Positions 25,856 through 36,960 of a DNA stretch of 44,846 nt are shown piece after piece. A program made the translations under genes and the position numbers. The notes under the pieces are model-generated. The model worked only from the letters and a program-made list of their open reading frames with translations, searched no databases and was not told the origin of the DNA. Each line of letters starts with the position of its first letter. Position 1 is the stretch's first letter. Source of the DNA: Catajapyx aquilonaris (Eukaryota); the NCBI GenBank assembly GCA_000934665.2, contig JYFJ02003242.1, positions 1-44,846 of the forward strand, in the 5' to 3' direction.

Positions 25856-28364
25856 ATGTGGGCCTCACTACTGATCTTCCTGCTGCTATTCACTCTTGGT
25901 GGACTTGGACGAGAGCATGAAGATGGTAAAAATGATTGCGGCGGCGCCTATAGTCCCGGACATTCATTAGTTCCATGACTTGGTGGAGAATAGTCGTTGT
26001 GACAACCTGCACTGCATGTTATTATTAATTACATGAGTCACCAGGTTGCGCAATGCGAGGGGCGTTCATCGCCTTGAAGGAAAAGAGAGAAACAGTTCAA
26101 ATTGCACGCGTGTATTAGTCGTCCTCTCTACACCGTATGCAGCCTGCAGGGCCACACATATTTCTTCAGCTATGCACGACCTGTGGGACACCATTGTTGC
26201 TAAAGTCGACGTTTGAGATTGAAAATAGTATTCAACCTCTGCGATCACCCCCTTGTCGCTTTCGAAATGCTTTCCTCACAGTGGCTGCTTCAAGTGGCGT
26301 AAGAGGATCCAAGTGTCTAGGGGCGAGCCCCCGAGGTCCTGGGAATACAGTGAATGCGGCAGAATAATGTACCCCAACTGGCCAGCAAGTAGCACAGTGT
26401 CATGGGCAGAATGAGCGGGTGCGTTGTTGTGCACACTTTGCATCACCATTCCTCGTCTCTTCCGCTTGATATGGTGATGCAGCTTTTACAGGAGGTCTTG
26501 ATAATACTGCTCGGTGATGGTCTGACCTTTTCCTGCCTAATGAGTCATGATAAATCTGCAGGAATTCCCAAAAAAACACTGACTGGCCTTTTTCAGTGGT
26601 GGAGAGTTCTGAGTGTTTCTACTGCTTGCTCTGTAATTTTTTTGGTCTCTGGGTCGTAGTGGTACACCCAACATTCATCCATGATGATGAGTCAATTGAA
26701 AAAATCACCCTCATCTACGAGGAACATTGCCAACATTTTCTTAGCCGTACCGAGGTTGAATACTCTTTTCAAGCGCAAAGTGTCGACTCTGGCAATAATT
26801 GTGTCCCACAGGTTGTGCATCGCGGGGAAAAACGTGTGGCTTTGCAGGGTTCATATAGAAAGAAGGACTAATGCATGTGTGCAATTTGAACCGGTTTTCT
26901 CCTTCCCGTCAAGGCGATGATAGGAACTTGATGAATTCCCCTTGTAGATGTGTACTGGCTGTGAGTGATCCACCAGTGGAAGTTGAGAGTTTTGGTGTGC
27001 AGTTGAACTTGTTTTCAGGGCAGGGGTGTAGCTGCACTTCTGCAGCCGCCTTCCTCATGTTGCTAGAGCACATATTGCTATGAGCACCTTTTTTTCTCGT
27101 GACTTGACTGTCAGTCAAAGAATTGAATTCCCTGCACTACTAATAGGAGATTTCTAGTTATATCCTTATGCTTGCTATATTATTTTCTCGGTTGGTATGA
27201 AGGCCTGTGCATTTTATTTGTGTTTCAGTGTCAGCACAGGCTCTTCCGTCCCGAAGCAACCTGGTTCCATCACAGGAGTCGCTCAGGCGGGTCGATCAAG
27301 GAAATCCTGGAGGAGCTTCTTCATGCAAGTCAGGCATTCCATGCTCCAAGTTAGGCATCCAATGCCTCAAGTGCAACTTCAATTACAGCTGTGAATATGG
27401 CAAGAAGACACAGGTTTCTTGCCAGCCACTAAAGGATATGATAGTGTGCTCTGTGAGTTTGGAACCTAAGCCTCTTTTAGAGCAGTTATTTGAAGTTATA
27501 TGTAATGGTCATCAAAAATATTTTATCGAATGCAAGCATTCATTGAGGCCCCAAATTATGTTTCTGCTGAAATAATTGAATTTTGCCCCATTGTGTCAGG
27601 GGTCAGTGGATGGACCAATTTCTCAAAGCCTAGGCTCATCTGGATAGTTTAAAAGGATGCACTAATACCTAATATTAACAGATCAGTTTTAAATGACATC
27701 ATAATGCAGCTGTTAAATTGTAACTGGTAGTAAAAAGTTTTAAGAAACTAAAGTAGGTGGTAGTGTGAATGCAAATACAGAAGAAAATCTCTGATTAGTT
27801 CTCCATACCCATGCAGTGTATATCAGGTTATGAATTGTGTGAATACAACATGAGCGCATAATTTGAGATTTTCTCTTACTTGTATTTGTACAACTTGCCC
27901 TTAGTTACTAAACAAGTGTTAACATATCTTGTACTGACACACTTCTCACTCCATACCAGGGTAACCGGACTGTGATTCGCCAATTCACTTGCCGATACTG
28001 CTATCAGACGTGGGAATGGGAGCATGTGTGTACTGGGATGGCAGGATGCAATGCAAGGGCAGCCCCTCAGCAGACATATCGCGCAAACTGCACTGTGAAG
28101 CCCAATGTAATCTGCCTGGGGAACAGGTCCTTCCCGAAGAATCTTAGATGCAAATGGACTGCGGGAGCAAGCTGGAGCACTGCTTTGGCCCTCAGCATAA
28201 CTTTGGGTGGGTTTGGAGCAGACAGGTTCTATCTGGGACACTGGCAGGAAGGAATTGGAAAGCTGTTCAGTTTTGGTGGGTTGGGTGTTTGGACACTGGT
28301 TGACGTGGTTCTTGTTGCCATCCGTTATTTGGGGCCTGCTGATGGGTCTCTTTATGCATCATAG
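25856..28364 (+). CDS. TM2D3: TM2 domain-containing protein 3 (almondex), 232 aa; exons 25856-25925, 27229-27452, 27960-28364
   Basis: Signal peptide MWASLLIFLLLFTLGG, Cys-rich ectodomain (CRYCYQT...NCTV...ICLGNRSF...C.WT.G..W.TAL.LSITLGGFGADRFYLG.WQEGIGKLFSFGGLGVWTLVDV), phase-consistent GT-AG introns. Confidence 0.95.
26056..26944 (-). mobile_element. Decayed mariner element with long (~190-bp) inverted ends, in TM2D3 intron 1
   Basis: Ends CGAGGGGCGTTCA / TGAATTCCCCTTG|TA; inverted arms ~26066-26245 vs ~26750-26920. Interrupted minus-strand translation gives MDECWVYHYDPETK, GQTITEQYY, HNNAPAH and LPHSLYSQDL, matching the mariner DETW / HDNAP.H / YSPDLAP motifs. Confidence 0.88.
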
Positions 28365-28426
28365 TGGAAATATGCTGTACAGTTTCAACTTTTGTAATTA
28401 AATGGGAGTTTTTACTATGAAGCCAG

Positions 28427-30702
28427 TTACATATCTTTTGACCTTCTCAATGCCAGTTTCAGATGAGAGTCTGTTGTATTATGATCTACCAACACTGGTC
28501 TTAAACCAACAAAAGGAAGCAGCCTCATTTTCATCGACAACAGTCCACTTGGCACCATATCATCCAGATTCTCACATGAAGTGCATACACCTACTTCTGA
28601 ATCCAGAACTTCGACACTAATGGGATGATCCAGCCTGAAAAACAAAATTAAAATTGTGTACCCTGTCAGATTGGTATAAGACGGATATATTGCAGTGGTC
28701 GAAATATTCGGATGCAAAGTGCAATTTGCACTCCAAAAGTGGCATGTGCACTCCAAACTGAGCCTTGGAGTGCACTCCAGTTGGTCCTGCTTTTTAACAT
28801 AGCTTAACACAGTAATTAAATATTAAGCACTCCAAGTAAGCAATTTGCACTCCAGATGAAAGTCTGGAGTGCAAACTTCGCACCTGGACAAAAAAATTAA
28901 AATTCGACCCCTGATACCGTATTGGCATTGCTGCAGGATAGAATACTCTTTAAAAAAAAAAAAAATCCGATCTAGATTAAGGTCAGGTGCAGCTACATTG
29001 TCATCACTAGTGTCCACTAGGATAATTCGAGGGTGATAGGCTTGGTGATAGGTCAGAAGGGCGTATGAGCCTGTAAGGGAATTTTACATGAGAGGGAAAA
29101 AAGTTTCATTATTTCAATATTCATTATAATTTTGTAACTTTTTTGTGCAGCCCACATCTTATCTGCATTGAAACATGTGTTTGCTGCACAAAAAAGTTGC
29201 AAAATTATAATGAATATTGAAATAATGAAACTTTTTTCCCTCTCATGTAAAATTCCCTTACAGGCTCATACGCCCTTCTGACCTATCACCCTCTATAACT
29301 GTTGGTATGAGAACTTGCAGTCAGGTCTAATATATGGAGAACATTGCATGTGAACATAATTTTAAAAACGAACAGTAAGAAAATGTCCTATACAGCAATA
29401 CAGGACTCAAGTGTAAAGATTAACATTGAGTAAATTATTATTGATGTGTGTCATGCTGTGAAAGGCAGTAATATCTCAATGTGCCATCATGAGATATTTT
29501 CCCTTTGATCTAGCTTACCCTTTATAAATGGAAAGCCCTGCAATCCTGAGATGTGGAATCGGACATGATACTGCTGGAAAATAGCCCATCTTCCCCAAAA
29601 GTTTGGCCACTTTTTCCAGCTGTGGCCTGTGCTGCATGTCTCGATAAGCCACAGAAATTGGATCCCATTGGCTGCAATGCCTCAGAGCCAACTCCTGCAG
29701 ATGCTCTGGACATGTTTCTTGCAGGCGTAAGCACGACAACAATAGGTGCAATCGCCTTAGCCCTCTCGCAGTCTGCCTTGAAATTAACGTTGACATATGT
29801 TCGGCATGGATCAATTTTACAGCATGGAGTGTTGCATTGGTAGAAAATCCAGCCACAAACAAGGCCAGCAGCAGGTGCACAATGTCAGCTCCATCTTGTG
29901 TAATGCTGGAAGACTCCAAACTGGCCTCGATGAGTCCAATTAGAAATTGCGGCGGTGGAATTGCCAATGAGTTCACAGCCCACAGCAACCGTGATAAGTC
30001 TTTCATCCTGGGTTCAAATCCACCTCCTTCAACATTTATTGTTGCAACCCACTTTAATAATTGGGGTGGTCTAAACAAAGTGCTGGCAAAGGCAGCAAGG
30101 ATGTGGCTCAACAGTGCCATCGGGATACCATCAACTGACAGTGACTTGGCTAGGGATGCCAGTGAATCCCAGTCAAGTTGACGGCTGTATCTCAAAGCTT
30201 TCAGTATGGACACAACCGATTCCCAATCTAAATTGTCCTTTGACTGAAGCCATTTATTACCTGTCAAAGCAATAGGTAGTGGAATGGGCACTCTTGATCT
30301 GGTGGCACTGGCGCAGGCACTGATCAATATTAACTCATCATTGCATTCAACATATAAACGTGACAATGTTTTCTTTACAACCCTCTGCGCCATTGGCATT
30401 TTTTTCCCTGTAGCAGCAAGTGAAGCCAGAAGTGGGAGAACATCAAGATCCACTTCTTGAGCATCCAACAATTGATCTGCACTTTGGAGGGCAGAATGGA
30501 ATATTGAAGAGCGAGTGGCTTCTCCGTGATTTGTATTGCTCTGGAACCAAGAGTCCAGGGCTTGTACAAGAGGGCCTAGTGATGTAGCTTTCTCAACATG
30601 GTTTGAATTAGAGCATCCTGATGGTTGGCAGCTCCAGCGCCCCAACTTTGGGTGCTGACGAAGTCGAGAGATGAGTCGAGCTGTGAAACCAGCACCTTGC
30701 AT
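28427..30702 (-). CDS. FASTK-family (FAST kinase domain/RAP domain) mitochondrial RNA-binding protein, 463 aa; exons 30702-29519, 28634-28427
   Basis: Arg-rich MTS-like N-terminus MQGAGFTARLISRLRQHPKLGRW; Leu-rich helical repeats (RMKDLSRLLWAV). Donor GG|GTAAGC at 29519 joins acceptor TTTTCAG|G at 28634 in frame (1392 nt), adding a RAP-like end PISVEVLD...GLLSMKMRLL...GLRPVLV. Exact paralogue not assignable. Confidence 0.75.
28693..28913. mobile_element. hAT-like MITE with GCACTCCA subterminal repeats (FASTK-like intron)
   Basis: Termini CAGTGGTCGAA / TTCGACCCCTG; many GCACTCCA/TGGAGTGC copies; TSD not conserved. Confidence 0.55.
29028..29294. mobile_element. Mariner-type foldback MITE (near-perfect ~105-bp arms) in the FASTK-like intron
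   Basis: CGAGGGTGATAGG...CCTATCACCCTC; arms ~29044-29150 and ~29185-29290 are almost exact reverse complements. Confidence 0.8.
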
Positions 30703-32165
30703 GGCTGGGTAACTCTGTGCTGCATCAACCTGGGAACAATGAAAAAAGAGTATTTCAGAGGGCGAGTCATCACAGATACTGTACATCAGGCACATACCCT
30801 GAGACCTAAGCAGTGGTCTTGATGGTCAAGGCCAGTGTGTTTTTGGTTGACTTTGGTAATTATTAATTTTGAGAATTGCAATTTTGGTGTAATATTCATC
30901 CAGTTATTGGAAGTCTTACTGAGACACATGTAAAATGTCAGTGCCAATCTTCTGGGGCATATAATGTAATATTACACATTCTGTCACTAGTGCAGTTCAA
31001 AGTGTAAGTTGTTAAGGTCCTACATGGGGGGGGCAATGCACCATTCAATAATGCAATTCTTTATTCAACATTTACAGAGGAAGGACAACATTATAAGTAT
31101 GGTAGTAACAAGTATTAAAGTGGCCAAAGTAGGCTGCAGTAAAAAAAGTTCGAGAAACACTTCCATGTGGGCTGTACAAGAGTGCCACCAAAGTACCAGC
31201 CGAGCCGGTACCAGCTATAGTGAGTTAGACAAGACAAAAAATGTATACCAGAGTATCTCTCGTGTATGAGATCGCTCTGGGTAGCACCAAGAGCTGGTAG
31301 CACTCATCTAATTCATATGGACTGGACCATAATTGCAGGCAAAATGAAGACATTCCATCATGAGGCAGTCCAATGAGTTCACTGGAAAACTAGTAATACC
31401 TGATGCAAATGTACAGTACAATAAAGCATGCGACAGAAAGTGACATCTGCTACTGTATGTTCACATCACCAAAATTCCAGTGACATAATGAAGCACAAAA
31501 CATATTAATCATTTTGGTTAGAATAAGACTCCTGCCATTTTAGTATTAAATATCTACATCGTCCCTGGCCAACTGCAGCTCCAGGCTGGGGTGCCCTAGG
31601 TGTAGGCATCGAGACCTTACTAGTAGATCACCGAAGGACACTTAGCAGATGACCGAAAATTGAAATGTAGCACTTCGGGCTTTAAAATCAGGGCTAATCT
31701 GCATGGTTTTAAATTTTTAAAACTTCCTCTGTTAATTAGTTTTTGTGTAGCTTTAGCATATCATGTTGTGTGTCATTAACTCCAATCAATCCCACATTCA
31801 ACAAGCCCAATGACAGCTCAACCTACTTACCTGCCAAGCTGATATGTCCAAGGTAGCAGTGAGTTGCCTTCAGCCTCCTCTATACCCATCCATCTCCAGT
31901 TACTAATCAACTAATGACTAACAACATATGCAAAATACTGGAACACAACATTTGAAAGGTCACTGAAGTAGTGACGTGTACTCTGTCTCGAATGATCTCA
32001 AAGGAACTGAGTTGTTTTTCCTTGCTGAGGATTGTCATTATTTGAAAAAAGTGCTTTTACTGTAGCATCAGTACCATGTATATGATATGCATTACTCTTA
32101 GATTGGAAACTAATAGTAAAAAATGATTCCCACAATAATCCACAAACATACAGCTGAAGCGTATA

Positions 32166-32589
32166 CAGGGTGTATCTGAACTCAGTGCCCCGACGTATAT
32201 GACTGCCTTCCTAGCCACCAGAGGATCGATTTAAGTATAGGAATCATTATGTTTGGCCGCCGCATTACGGAGATAATTGGCCGCAAACATGTAGTACAAA
32301 ATATCCTGGCGGTTAGGCCACCCATCGAACCCTCCCCCAGTCAGAAGGCTCTGGAAGGTCTGGGGGCGGGACTTCGTTGGTTTGTTGCCCACAGGTGGTA
32401 AGGCCTCTTTGGCTAGTTACACCAGAAAATTCTCTTTAAAAGTCAGAAGGAGCGATTAGGCAAAAATCGCTAAAGAGTGTATCTCAGTAATGAGGCTGCC
32501 TAGACATATGCCTCCTATACTTAAATCGATCCTCTGGTGGCTAGGAAGGCAGTCATATACGTCGGGGCACTGAGTTCAGATACACCCTG
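32166..32589. mobile_element. Tc1/mariner MITE with ~76-bp perfect TIRs
   Basis: TA|CAGGGTGTATCTGAACTCAGTGCCCCGACG...TTAAGTATAGG, and its exact reverse complement ending CACCCTG|TA. Confidence 0.92.
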
Positions 32590-32935
32590 TATATGTAGGG
32601 GAAAAAGTCATAATGCTAGTACCCAACTCTGGAAATGGGACTGCAAAAGGAAAAATAAAATATCTTTCCACAAAGAGTATCTCATAGCGAGTAGCAATAA
32701 GTGCCACATTCTTCAACATGCTCTCATTAGTTCACTAGTTCTCATACATCACATAGATCACAATAACACTAAAAGCTGTTAAGCTGTGTATCACAGTGTA
32801 GAGTGTAGACAGTAATGGCATCCTTATTGTACAGTACATACAATATAATTATCATTAAATGTCACAGTGGTTATGTACAATGGGATTGACTCCTTGATTC
32901 CCAAATGACCTAAACTATAAACAACAGTAGCAATG

Positions 32936-33020
32936 CAGTAAAACCTCCACATAATGCTCTTCAAGGGCCTGCCCAAAAGTAGCTGTATAAGCGGGAGAGT
33001 GTTATATGGAGGTTTTACTG
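32936..33020. mobile_element. Mini pogo/Tigger-like MITE
   Basis: CAGTAAAACCTCCA ... TGGAGGTTTTACTG 14-bp TIR; internal CTTCAAGGG is shared with the 10654-10810 element; flanks are TG rather than TA. Confidence 0.55.
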
Positions 33021-33395
33021 TGTAAGTATTTTTTCAGAGCTACTTATTTCTCGCTAGAAAGCTGACTTGTATGCAATGCCTTGAACAGTTATGGTATATT
33101 CTTATATAATACAATTAGACAGTTTACAGCACAGATTATTGAAATATTATTTGCTGTAAATTTTTCAGCACGACATTTGCACTGTACAGTATATAATTAT
33201 GTAGCATGTAAAATGAGATACATGACACAATGGTTGCTATAAGTGTCAGTTAATCCGTTAATATTGAGAGGAATGTGTCATACAGTTTTCAACATCTCTC
33301 TAATTACAATATATGCTGGCATGTCACATGTTGCCCTTGGCTTAATTCACAAGTGATTAAATAGGAAAGGATAGGATTGGTGAGAGGTTAGCTGC

Positions 33396-36300
33396 TCAGT
33401 TATTGCTGTCCCGCCTCGCACTATGTCTGCCCATTGGCAAGTTGGCCATGACAGAGGAATGTGTTGCCAGCTCCACCTCCCTCAGGAAAGACCTGCTGTT
33501 GTGTAAGTTGGACCCTCCCAAAACAATTCGAGCAGAGGTGAAGTTTGTCCGGACAAGCTTCTTGAGAGCCAGTGATTCTTCAAGAGTGACTCCTCCCACC
33601 ACAAATACAACTACATCTCGAAGACCTACGTCATCCACAGTGCTTCCACTTGATGGAGGTGGGGGAGAGGATGCATAAGGGAAAGAAGATTCCTTCAGGC
33701 GCCCCTTAAGTAGATCTTCTACTGTCTGTTTCAGAGGGGGCGTGTGCTGGGCAAATACATTCTCCACACCCTTCAGGCCTTCAAAGAATCGACGGGTGAT
33801 CTTCACTGCTTCCTGAGTGTTAAACTGGTCTTTGTCTGCTCGTGTACCTCGGTCTGAAACACTCCCACTGTACTCCAGTACAGAATTCACCATCTAGGCA
33901 GAAGAATAACAACAATACATGTATTTATGTATGGAAAATTTCATAAGAGAAATATTAAGAATAAAGATTTGTTAAAGTACGTACACACAGTCGCTGCAGG
34001 TGCAGGAAAAAATGCAGAAAACACAATGCCATTAACATCATTGAAATACCCTTTCAAATTAAATTCATGGAACAACTAAAATTGCACCAGATGTACTCTG
34101 CGCTTCAGCAGGCATTGTTTGCACCCACATTATGTTTGCATCTAACCCTGGCAACTCCGTGTACTGCCCCAGCATACACAGTGTGCCTTTCGTTACATGC
34201 AATGTGCTTGAAGTCAGACTTTACTCACTGCAGTCATACAATCCCAGCTCCATTTTGCAGGGATAATGAATTTTCTTTCACAATTATTCACAAGCAACAC
34301 CAGCACACTAAATAAACAAGTAGATACTGTGCCACACTATTCTTGCCCTCCATTGATTCCTTCAAATCATAAGTTTAGCCACAAGCACTAAATCAGTTTC
34401 AGACATGCCCCTGGTCACATCTTATCCACCTGTCATGACATTGTATGTTTCCCCCTGCATCACTCAAAAAGGAACCCTTCCCTTTTACCTACGATACATA
34501 CCACAGTAACTGTCAACAACTTATTCATAGTGACCTAAAGTACTGCAAGCAGCCAGTTTACTGATGACTTTGTAATGTATCAAAACACAATGCATGTATT
34601 ATGGTCTTCATGCACTTTGGTATATTTAAGCCAATTGACTTGTAATTTTGAAGTGTTTGCACTGGAAGGCAGTAATACTTGGACAGTTTTGTGATCCTGT
34701 CCCTATCACTATGGCTACTAAAGGTTTTCCCACCAAAGGCATCCCCCAAAGTATTTGCATTTGCTGCTAATAACTCTCTGGGATCCTTGTATCCTTTCAC
34801 AGGTTGGTCCTGATCATTTGCCAATTCCAATTAACTTTCCCAGAACCTCTAAACCCATAGTATTCCCTGGAAATCATCTCAATGAAATGCTCAGAATCTA
34901 ATAGTATGGCATCAGTTCCCGGTACAGATGCTGGGCTCCCAATATCCTCTCTGAACGATAATTGTGAGTGCTGGAGCCTCACACCCACACAATGCTTTCT
35001 TATATGTTACTGGAATTGTTTCAGGTGCACAAACTAAATTAACTGTACCACCATCAATACACAAAATTCACGAAAATATCCATACCTTGATAGACTGATC
35101 TGGCACCTCCCTGCGTTTCAACATATCCCTGAGTCCTGCAATGTCATTATCAGGCCTTCCTCTGTACCTCAGGGCATAAAGCATCACCAGCCTCAGCACA
35201 TGTGGGTGCCCAATCTGTTGTGGAGGCATAGCCAGCAACCTCTTCACCCTGCCCAATGCTTTCCCATGATCTTGCCTACAAGCCAGCTCCTGCTCCAGCT
35301 CTCCAACCTCAAGCAGCCTGTCTTGTTGGACCAAACGTGACAGCTCACCCATAAGTGCTACGTGCTTTCCTGCAGCTCCACTCAGCTTACGAAACTCTGG
35401 GTAGCTCTCCACAAATGATTTCATGTCAGCAATGGACTCCAATTTGTGGTGGTGACTACGAGCTCTTGATTGATACTCCTCCATTAGTGCCTTCAAGGTC
35501 TGACCCATCTCACCAAAGTTCTGTTCCATGGTGGAAGCATAGAATTCATCCTGCTCCTGGCTCAGGACCATTTCTTGCGCATCGCCATTTTCACCAAGTC
35601 GCACCCTGTCATTCTGTATACCTAAAAGCTCATGAACCATGGCTTGATATGTCCACTGGAGAAGCAGTGGGGTTACACAGTCACCTCTGCGGTCTATTAT
35701 GAGCAAGACAGGTGGGACAGGATCAGTATTTCGGCAATTTTCAAACAGAGTTGCCTCCTTCTGCATCCACTGGTATATAGACTCTGCAAGTCGCCTGGCC
35801 ATTGGTGAGTCACCCTGGTAGCGTACATAGGGGCGCTTCTTAAGTGAGAGAAGAACAGCCAGGACACCTTGTTGACACCTCTGCAATGCCAACTGTTCCC
35901 ATCCAGACCCTTTGCTGCATCCAACTAGTCCCAATGAAAAAAGATGGGGTCCCACGGCAAGGTAGTCAGCATAAAACTCTTGCATCTCACGCACCACATC
36001 CTGTTCATCTGCCTCTGCAAGCATCTTTACTTCCGTCATTGATATTGCATTACTCCAATCTAAAATTACGGTAAATCAAATTGATAAATCAGTTCAATCA
36101 ATAAATGCCAACTCAAATTTAGACAATAGCATGTTCAAAAGTAGTTGGCGGACTGCAGTATAACAGGTGGTCCACCTGTTGATTACTTACATATGTAGTA
36201 TGACCCGAACCTAGGTCGCCTGAGCTCGGTAGTAAGAAGCAGCACATTGTCACGTGTGGGCCTGAGGAAGGCGAGGCACTTGAGGTGCGGCATGGAGTCC

Positions 36301-36562
36301 CCCTGCACCTGCCCTCCAACCCCCCCGCCATCAATGCGCTCCAGGAGGTAGACCTCTTTCTGCAAGATCTCTGACTTGGCATACACCATGCTCACCACGC
36401 TGGTCTGCAAGGAGGCCCACCAGTCAGTCCACTCTGCAACCGCAACGCAGTGTGTGCACGCATACATACAGTTTCCTGGTCCATGAGCAGAATCTTCATC
36501 CCGGGCCCACTCTCCTCTATCATCTTGGTGATGTACGACTTGACAGCCCACACCACGTTCAT
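33396..36562 (-). CDS. VPS45: Vacuolar protein sorting-associated protein 45 (Sec1/Munc18 family), 592 aa; exons 36562-36470, 36404-36191, 36059-35086, 33893-33396
   Basis: [98 protein letters not shown] and [14 protein letters not shown] are VPS45 hallmarks; phases consistent. Confidence 0.97.
34560..34990 (-). mobile_element. Possible highly decayed hAT-related transposase fragment in VPS45 intron 3
   Basis: Frameshifted ORF pieces end in IHALCFDT, reminiscent of the AxCFDTTASNTG motif of hATm-like transposases. Weak. Confidence 0.25.
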
Positions 36563-36960
36563 CCCTGCTGGCTGTGTCTTGACTAGGGCGGTAGGCACTG
36601 TACGACGAGGGTGTCGGCGGGGCAGGACAGCTAGCAGCGGGTGGCAAAGGTCAGGACTAGGGTGGGACAAGGAGGAGAAGGCTCAGCCTTTTTTATGGAG
36701 AGACTTACGTGAAGCACACGTGCACACCGGGCTGGCTGTACACACTCCAGTCCAGTCAGTCAGTCCCTGAGTCTGTCCGACGCTCGTCGCCTGCGTCCCT
36801 CACGGTGACCAGCTGCTCAGTCGTGGACGTCGTCGTCGTCGTCGTCGTCGTCGGCACACAAGACAGGCAGGCAAGGACGGGTTGGCAGGCCTAGAGAAGA
36901 GGCATGTTCAGGGCAGCCAACGTGTGAGTAGGAGTCACGTGGTCTATAACAGGCGGCACA
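36560..36960 (-). promoter_or_regulatory. CpG-rich promoter/5'UTR of VPS45, with a probable non-coding first exon ending at 36709
   Basis: High CpG density, (GTC)n run at ~36829-36852, donor CAC|GTAAGT at 36709/36708 and acceptor TTCTCCTCCTTGTCCCACCCTAG| at 36656. Confidence 0.55.
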
